From the NCBI GenBank assembly GCA_018813785.1, contig JAHJAU010000043.1, forward strand, positions 1 to 42,749: a DNA stretch of 42,749 nucleotides, written 5' to 3'. Shown here piece after piece: positions 37,450 through 42,749 of this stretch. The position numbers and the translations under genes were made by a program. The notes under the pieces are model-generated. The model saw only the letters and a list, made by a program, of their open reading frames with translations. It did no database searches and was not told the DNA's origin. This stretch comes from Patescibacteria group bacterium (GTDB lineage Bacteria; Patescibacteriota; Patescibacteriia; SG8-24). Each line of letters starts with the position of its first letter. The first letter of the stretch is position 1.

Positions 37450-38343
37450 ATGACTACTTACGATTTTATTTCCGCCAACAAACGGAAATCAGTATTATTG
37501 ATAATCATTTTCACGGTTTTGGTCTTGATGCTGGGTGGCCTGATAGATTATGTCTATGAAGGTGGTGGATTTTTTCTGTTTATTGCTGGCGCCTACTCAA
37601 TAATCATCGGTCTGATGGGCTTTTATTCTGGCGATAAAATTGCTCTGGCTGTGTCAGGTGCACGCGAAATTAAAGAGACAGACAATCAATATCTTTATCG
37701 AATGGTGCAAAACCTTTGCCTGACGGTTGGCCTACCAATGCCCAAAGTACACATCATAAATGATCCAGCAATTAATGCCTTCGCCACCGGACGTGATCCC
37801 AATCACTCATCAATCGCCGTTACTACTGGTGCTCTACAACGGCTGGAGAACGAAGAGTTGGAGGGAGTATTGGCGCATGAGCTATCACACATCAAAAATT
37901 ACGACATCCGAGTCATGACTCTAGTCATGGTGCTGGCTGGAACGGTGGCAATCATTGCTGACCTAACCCTACGTTCATTTCTCTGGGGCGGCCGTGGTCG
38001 ACGTCGTGAAGGCGATAACGGTGCTTTACTGATAATCGGTCTGGTTCTCATGATCATTGCTCCAATTGTAGCTCAACTAATCAAACTGGCTGTTTCCAGA
38101 CGACGTGAATATTTAGCTGATGCTTCAGCTGCACTGATCACCCGTTTCCCGGAAGGACTGGCGCGAGCACTGGAAAAAATCGGCCAGCAAGCTCAACCCA
38201 TGGCTCGAGCTTCTGGAGCAACTGCTCACCTGTTCATTGCCAATCCCTTTTCCGGAAAAGCCCTGGCAACCCTATTCTCAACACATCCACCGATTGAAAA
38301 AAGACTGGCGGCCTTAAGACATATGACCGGAGCGAATGGTTAA
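37450..38343 (+). CDS. htpX: HtpX-like M48 zinc metalloprotease
   Basis: NAFATG, HELSH, SRRREYLADA, FSTHPP; start MTTYDF. Confidence 0.92.
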   Translation: MTTYDFISANKRKSVLLIIIFTVLVLMLGGLIDYVYEGGGFFLFIAGAYSIIIGLMGFYSGDKIALAVSGAREIKETDNQYLYRMVQNLCLTVGLPMPKVHIINDPAINAFATGRDPNHSSIAVTTGALQRLENEELEGVLAHELSHIKNYDIRVMTLVMVLAGTVAIIADLTLRSFLWGGRGRRREGDNGALLIIGLVLMIIAPIVAQLIKLAVSRRREYLADASAALITRFPEGLARALEKIGQQAQPMARASGATAHLFIANPFSGKALATLFSTHPPIEKRLAALRHMTGANG

Positions 38344-38399
38344 AACTTAATACTTTAAACCAGCCAAGAACAAAAATTGCCAAATGTGACGCTTAATCT

Positions 38400-41015
38400 A
38401 TGAATACTGATATCCTCGACAAATTTACTGCTCATCTTAAAAATGCACTGGCCAAATCTTTCTCTCTGGCGGCTGAACTATCCTCATCAAATATTCACCC
38501 GGAACATCTTTTGCTGGCTCTGCTCTCACAACGCGGTAGTATGGGTGGTGAGATTTTACGTCAGGCTAACCTGGGATCAGAAGCCCTGCGCCAAATGTTA
38601 ATCGCCGTTAATCAATTCACTCCGAGCCGAAACATCAGCCAGCCACCTAGATTATCAGCTGAGTCAAAGCGTGCTATCGAAAAAGCAGTTCTTATCGCCA
38701 ACAAATACGATCATCACTACGTAGGCACTGAACACTTGCTGTCCGGAATTCTTGAAATCGGATCACCGGTGGTAAACGCAGTTATGACTGACCAAGAGGT
38801 GGACATCTCGTGGTTACAAAGACAGATCACCACGACTTTAGAGAGTACTTCAAAATTTCCAGAAATCACCGAGACTTTCGAATCTGGACAAGTTCCGGGT
38901 AGACACGGAGCGGAGACCGGAGAACAAACCCTGACTTTAGCTGAAGCCAACTTTCAATCACAAAAAACTCCGGCGCTGGATTTTTTTGCGGTTGATCTAA
39001 CCGATTCGAAACAACAGGAAAATATCGACCCGGTAATCGGACGCGATCAGGAAATCGAGCGATTGATACAAATACTATGTCGTCGCAATAAAAATAATCC
39101 GGTTTTGCTGGGTGAACCGGGTGTGGGTAAAACAGCCATTGTCGAAGGTTTGGCAAAGAAAATTGTTCAGGGGGACGTACCTGAAGTCTTGGCTGACAAA
39201 CGCATTCTATCGCTCGATCTTGGTCTGATGATTGCCGGCACCATTTATCGTGGCGAATTCGAAGGTCGAATCAAACAAATCATAGATGAAGTCAAGGCCA
39301 ACTCGAATGTCATTATCTTTATTGATGAGATGCATAACATCATGGGAGCGGGTTCGACTAATGGTTCGATGGATGCAGCCAACTTGCTGAAACCGGCTCT
39401 GGCCCGTGGTCAGATGCGCTGTATTGGTGCGACCACAATGGCGGAATACAAAAAACATATTGAAACTGACGGAGCTTTAGAACGTCGCTTCCAACCAATT
39501 ACTGTTGACCAGCCTTCACCGGAAGCAACGATGGAAATCTTACGCGGCTTACGCGACAAGTATGAGCAACATCACGATGTCTCTATCGAAGATGATGCCA
39601 TTATTGCCGCGGTAACACTGTCAGAACGCTATCTAACTGATCGAAATCTTCCAGACAAAGCCATTGATCTGATTGATGAGGCGGCGGCCCGGGCTCATGT
39701 TGCTTCTGGCGGTGATGCCAAGAAAAAGCTCCAGACCCGTCTCGAAGGTGAGCTGGAAAAGGTTAAGGCTCGCAAACAAGGGGCAGTTCACAGCGAAAAC
39801 TTCATTGAAGCCCTGAAACTAAAAAGTGAAGAAGAGAAAATTATTCGAGAACTTAAAAAAGCTAAAAGTGCCGGCGGAAAACGAATTCGTGGAGGACGGG
39901 CCAGTATCAACGAAAAACATATTGCTGAAATCATTTCTCAGGCAACTAAAATTCCCCTATGTGATCTGGTAGCTGAAGAAAGAACTCGATTAATTGATCT
40001 GGAGAAACTCTTAACTAAACGAATTCACGGACAGACCGAGGCGATAAAATCCGTGGCCGAAATGGTTCGACGCGCCAAAGCTGGTATGGCTCACCCACAA
40101 CGACCGCTGGCCTCTTTCATGTTTCTTGGCCCGTCAGGCGTGGGTAAAACTGAGCTGGCCAAAATATTGGGCGAAGAAGTGTTCCGAGATCCCGAGGCGG
40201 TCATTCGTATTGATATGTCTGAATTTTCAGAAGGGTTCAATATGTCCAAGTTGGTTGGTGCGCCAGCCGGCTATGTTGGCTATCGCGAAGAAACTAAACT
40301 GACTGACTTGGTTAAACGCAAACCACATGCACTGGTGCTATTCGATGAAATCGAAAAGGCTCATCCCGATGTTCATAACTTACTACTGCAAATTCTGGAG
40401 GATGGACACATTACAGATGCCACCGGACGAAAAATTAATTTCAAAAACACGATCATCGTCATGACCTCTAATGTCGGAGCGATTGAGTTGAAAACGGCTG
40501 GTATCGGCTTTTCGGCCAATGGTCAGGATGTTGGATTAGATATCGGTCAGATCAGCTCAACGATCTCCGGAGAATTAGAGAAATCATTCCGACCAGAATT
40601 TATCAATCGTATTGATAAAATAGTTGTGTTTCGTTCGCTGGATAAAAATGATCTCGAATCAATTGCTCGCTTACACTTTGATGAACTAATCAATCGACTG
40701 TTTGTTAATCACAGTATTGCGCTTCAAGCCGAGGACTCAGCCGTTAAATTAATCGCCGATAAAAGCTGGAATCCGGATTACGGTGCCAGAACAATCCGTC
40801 GACAACTGCAAGAATTGATCGAAAGTCCGTTGGCCAAATCCCTCCTGTCGGAAGAATATCGACCAGGCGACACCATCAAAATTAACGTTGTCGGTGATCA
40901 GGTTGTCTTTACCAAAAACCGCAAGACGCCAACATTAAAAGGCCAGATTTCAACGTCTAATAAGGCCGTCAGCAAAACTAAAAAAACCAAAGTAAATGCC
41001 AAAGCTACCCGATAA
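38400..41015 (+). CDS. clpC: ATP-dependent Clp protease ATP-binding subunit (ClpC/ClpB family)
   Basis: Clp-N repeats, two AAA+ modules ([16 protein letters not shown]), short UVR-type middle domain, IGF loop. Confidence 0.9.
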   Translation: MNTDILDKFTAHLKNALAKSFSLAAELSSSNIHPEHLLLALLSQRGSMGGEILRQANLGSEALRQMLIAVNQFTPSRNISQPPRLSAESKRAIEKAVLIANKYDHHYVGTEHLLSGILEIGSPVVNAVMTDQEVDISWLQRQITTTLESTSKFPEITETFESGQVPGRHGAETGEQTLTLAEANFQSQKTPALDFFAVDLTDSKQQENIDPVIGRDQEIERLIQILCRRNKNNPVLLGEPGVGKTAIVEGLAKKIVQGDVPEVLADKRILSLDLGLMIAGTIYRGEFEGRIKQIIDEVKANSNVIIFIDEMHNIMGAGSTNGSMDAANLLKPALARGQMRCIGATTMAEYKKHIETDGALERRFQPITVDQPSPEATMEILRGLRDKYEQHHDVSIEDDAIIAAVTLSERYLTDRNLPDKAIDLIDEAAARAHVASGGDAKKKLQTRLEGELEKVKARKQGAVHSENFIEALKLKSEEEKIIRELKKAKSAGGKRIRGGRASINEKHIAEIISQATKIPLCDLVAEERTRLIDLEKLLTKRIHGQTEAIKSVAEMVRRAKAGMAHPQRPLASFMFLGPSGVGKTELAKILGEEVFRDPEAVIRIDMSEFSEGFNMSKLVGAPAGYVGYREETKLTDLVKRKPHALVLFDEIEKAHPDVHNLLLQILEDGHITDATGRKINFKNTIIVMTSNVGAIELKTAGIGFSANGQDVGLDIGQISSTISGELEKSFRPEFINRIDKIVVFRSLDKNDLESIARLHFDELINRLFVNHSIALQAEDSAVKLIADKSWNPDYGARTIRRQLQELIESPLAKSLLSEEYRPGDTIKINVVGDQVVFTKNRKTPTLKGQISTSNKAVSKTKKTKVNAKATR

Positions 41016-41829
41016 CAACGGACTGTTGGAGCGCGAGATGACGTGGCGACAACAACTAGAGCGTGATCGTCAACGACGTTTTGGTGCTGATGAAAAAGAA
41101 AAACCTGAATCGTCTTCAGCTAATTTCGATCTGTCTCCAGCTAATCACGGCTCGGATAATGAACGAACTTGGTCTAATCAACTGGAACGCAATCGTCGCC
41201 AGAGGTTACCAACCCCAGATAGACTGTCTTTACCCGGACCGGGTGCAACAGCGGCGGCTAAAGCTCCCCTGCCGAATATCGGTAAACCTCTACCGACCTT
41301 ACCAGCTAACGGAGCAGCCCCGGGAGAAAAAGGCACAAAAAGTGGCGGCGCATCCTCTTCCTTTGAACCCCAGGCTCCCTCATCGATCGAAACGGCCAAA
41401 ATGGCGGCTCAAGTCGCATCTGGCGTTGGTTTAGGTAAAGTAGCGGCCGAAGAAATGCAAAGTGCTGCTCTGGCGGCTGGTAAGGGATTCATCGCTACCC
41501 TGGGCGCGGTCTGGCAAATCATAAATAAATACGGTCCCTGGCTTTTATTCTTTGGTGTTTACAGCATAATTTTCGAAGACCCCTTCATCACCACTCCTAT
41601 TTTACTGGGTTTACTTTGGGCCTGGGCTATTGGCGCCCACTGGCTTAAAATTAAATGGCTGCGAACATTTAATATTCTAGAGCAGTTGGCTCTGATCACT
41701 ATCTCATCAATCTATATGGTGGCATTCGCTGCTATCGTACTTTTAATCGCCCTGATCGCCTGTGCGAATGATACGACTTGCGCGGTTGAAGCCATTCGAA
41801 CACTGGGTGTAAGTGATCTGCCAATCTAA
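40996..41829 (+). CDS. Hypothetical membrane protein with disordered Pro-rich N-terminus
   Basis: Repeated TW..QLER.R.RR motif, about 3 C-terminal TMs; overlaps the clpC stop. Confidence 0.65.
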   Translation: MPKLPDNNGLLEREMTWRQQLERDRQRRFGADEKEKPESSSANFDLSPANHGSDNERTWSNQLERNRRQRLPTPDRLSLPGPGATAAAKAPLPNIGKPLPTLPANGAAPGEKGTKSGGASSSFEPQAPSSIETAKMAAQVASGVGLGKVAAEEMQSAALAAGKGFIATLGAVWQIINKYGPWLLFFGVYSIIFEDPFITTPILLGLLWAWAIGAHWLKIKWLRTFNILEQLALITISSIYMVAFAAIVLLIALIACANDTTCAVEAIRTLGVSDLPI

Positions 41830-41856
41830 AATTCATTTCGAAAGTTGAATAAATAT

Positions 41857-42749
41857 ATGTTTAAACGCCTGGGACTCATTCTTCTATTCATCGCCGTAAC
41901 CATCGGCATCGGCTATACGCTGTATCGAGTTATTTTTGGTCCAGCTGCCCCACCGGTGACGCCGCCCGGAGAAATCGTTAACGTACCACCAGGAGGTTTG
42001 CAACCAGCTGCGCCAGGAACAGCACCAGGGGTGACAGTTCCGGGTGAAGAGGCTCTGCCACCGACAGCACCAGCCGTTTCGCCAATCGCTAATGGTGGTG
42101 TAACGCAAGTCAAACCACTCACGCGAGTTCAGACCAAAAATGCGACTCTTTCCGCTGCCGGACAGCTTAACTACTACAATCGAGCGGACGGTAAATTTTA
42201 CCGAATCATGGAAGATGGCACGATCAAATCCCTCTCTGAGAGTGTTTTTCACAACGTAGACGAAGCAACTTTTGCTCCGAACGGCAATCAGGCCATTCTC
42301 GAATATCCGGACGGTTCAAATATTTTTTATGACTTCACCAACAATCAGCAGGTTACTCTCCCCCGCCACTGGGAAGATTTCGATTTTAGTCCGCAGGGCA
42401 ATAATATTGTGGCCAAAAGCATCGGTCTGGATCCGGAAAATCGCTTTATTGTAATTTCAAACCCTGACGGATCGTCAGCTCGACCAATTCAAGAACTGGG
42501 TAACAACGCTAATGAAGTTATGGTTGATTGGTCGCCAAACAATCAAATTGTGGCTACTGCCACTACAGGTCGAAAAATGGGGCTGGATCGACATGAAGTT
42601 TATTTCATTGGTCAATATCATGAAAACTTCCGCTCCTTGATTGTCGAGGGACTGAACTTTCAACCGCAATGGTCACCGGGCGGTGAACAGCTTCTATATT
42701 CTTCGGCCAGCGCCCTATCTGATTGGAAACCTCGTCTCTGGATCGTTGA
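41857..42749 (+). CDS. Membrane-anchored TolB-like beta-propeller protein (runs off window end)
   Basis: Manual translation MFKRLGLILLFIAVTIGIG... Pro-rich linker, repeated FAPNG/FSPQG/WSPNN/WSPGG blades; open to the end of the window. Confidence 0.75.
   Translation, partial: MFKRLGLILLFIAVTIGIGYTLYRVIFGPAAPPVTPPGEIVNVPPGGLQPAAPGTAPGVTVPGEEALPPTAPAVSPIANGGVTQVKPLTRVQTKNATLSAAGQLNYYNRADGKFYRIMEDGTIKSLSESVFHNVDEATFAPNGNQAILEYPDGSNIFYDFTNNQQVTLPRHWEDFDFSPQGNNIVAKSIGLDPENRFIVISNPDGSSARPIQELGNNANEVMVDWSPNNQIVATATTGRKMGLDRHEVYFIGQYHENFRSLIVEGLNFQPQWSPGGEQLLYSSASALSDWKPRLWIV

Noticed and set aside
400..42669. Numerous ORF-track entries overlapping called genes (e.g. 400-1011, 18452-18946, 30742-31110, 41884-42252)
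   Set aside because: Antisense or alternate-frame shadows of well-supported genes, with no recognisable motifs or expression signals.

Overview
Bacterial chromosome segment, most consistent with a Patescibacteria/CPR (Parcubacteria-like) genome. This is inferred from the dimeric GlyRS, core genes largely lacking Shine-Dalgarno sites, and CPR-style membrane-anchored beta-propeller and Cys-rich proteins. Left core block (minus strand): partial TrmH methyltransferase, an IS256-type insertion sequence, a tRNA/rpmG cluster (Thr-Tyr-Thr-rpmG-Trp), a TPR protein, tpiA, an M16 peptidase, glyQS and dnaE. An accessory region of about 17 kb (11.6-28.5 kb) holds an Eco47II-like type II R-M system, three paralogous ABC exporters, a metalloprotease lipoprotein with a beta-barrel-like partner, YjjX, Cdd, an RsiV/DUF3298-like protein, an IS200 element with a solo end and a MITE, and many small self-contained transcription units. 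Right core block: pheT, pheS, rseP, murI and a phosphohexomutase (minus), then lemA, htpX, clpC and membrane proteins (plus). The strongest novel signal is a promoter-driven tandem pair of ~190-nt non-coding RNAs between dnaE and glyQS; they share a four-way-junction fold with compensatory base changes, and I do not recognise the family. Also notable: two further structured RNA candidates, a leader-peptide/terminator attenuator and a shared leader motif on the ABC exporters, boxA-like motifs before accessory genes, and an unannotated 27-aa membrane peptide gene. All RNA folds were derived by hand.
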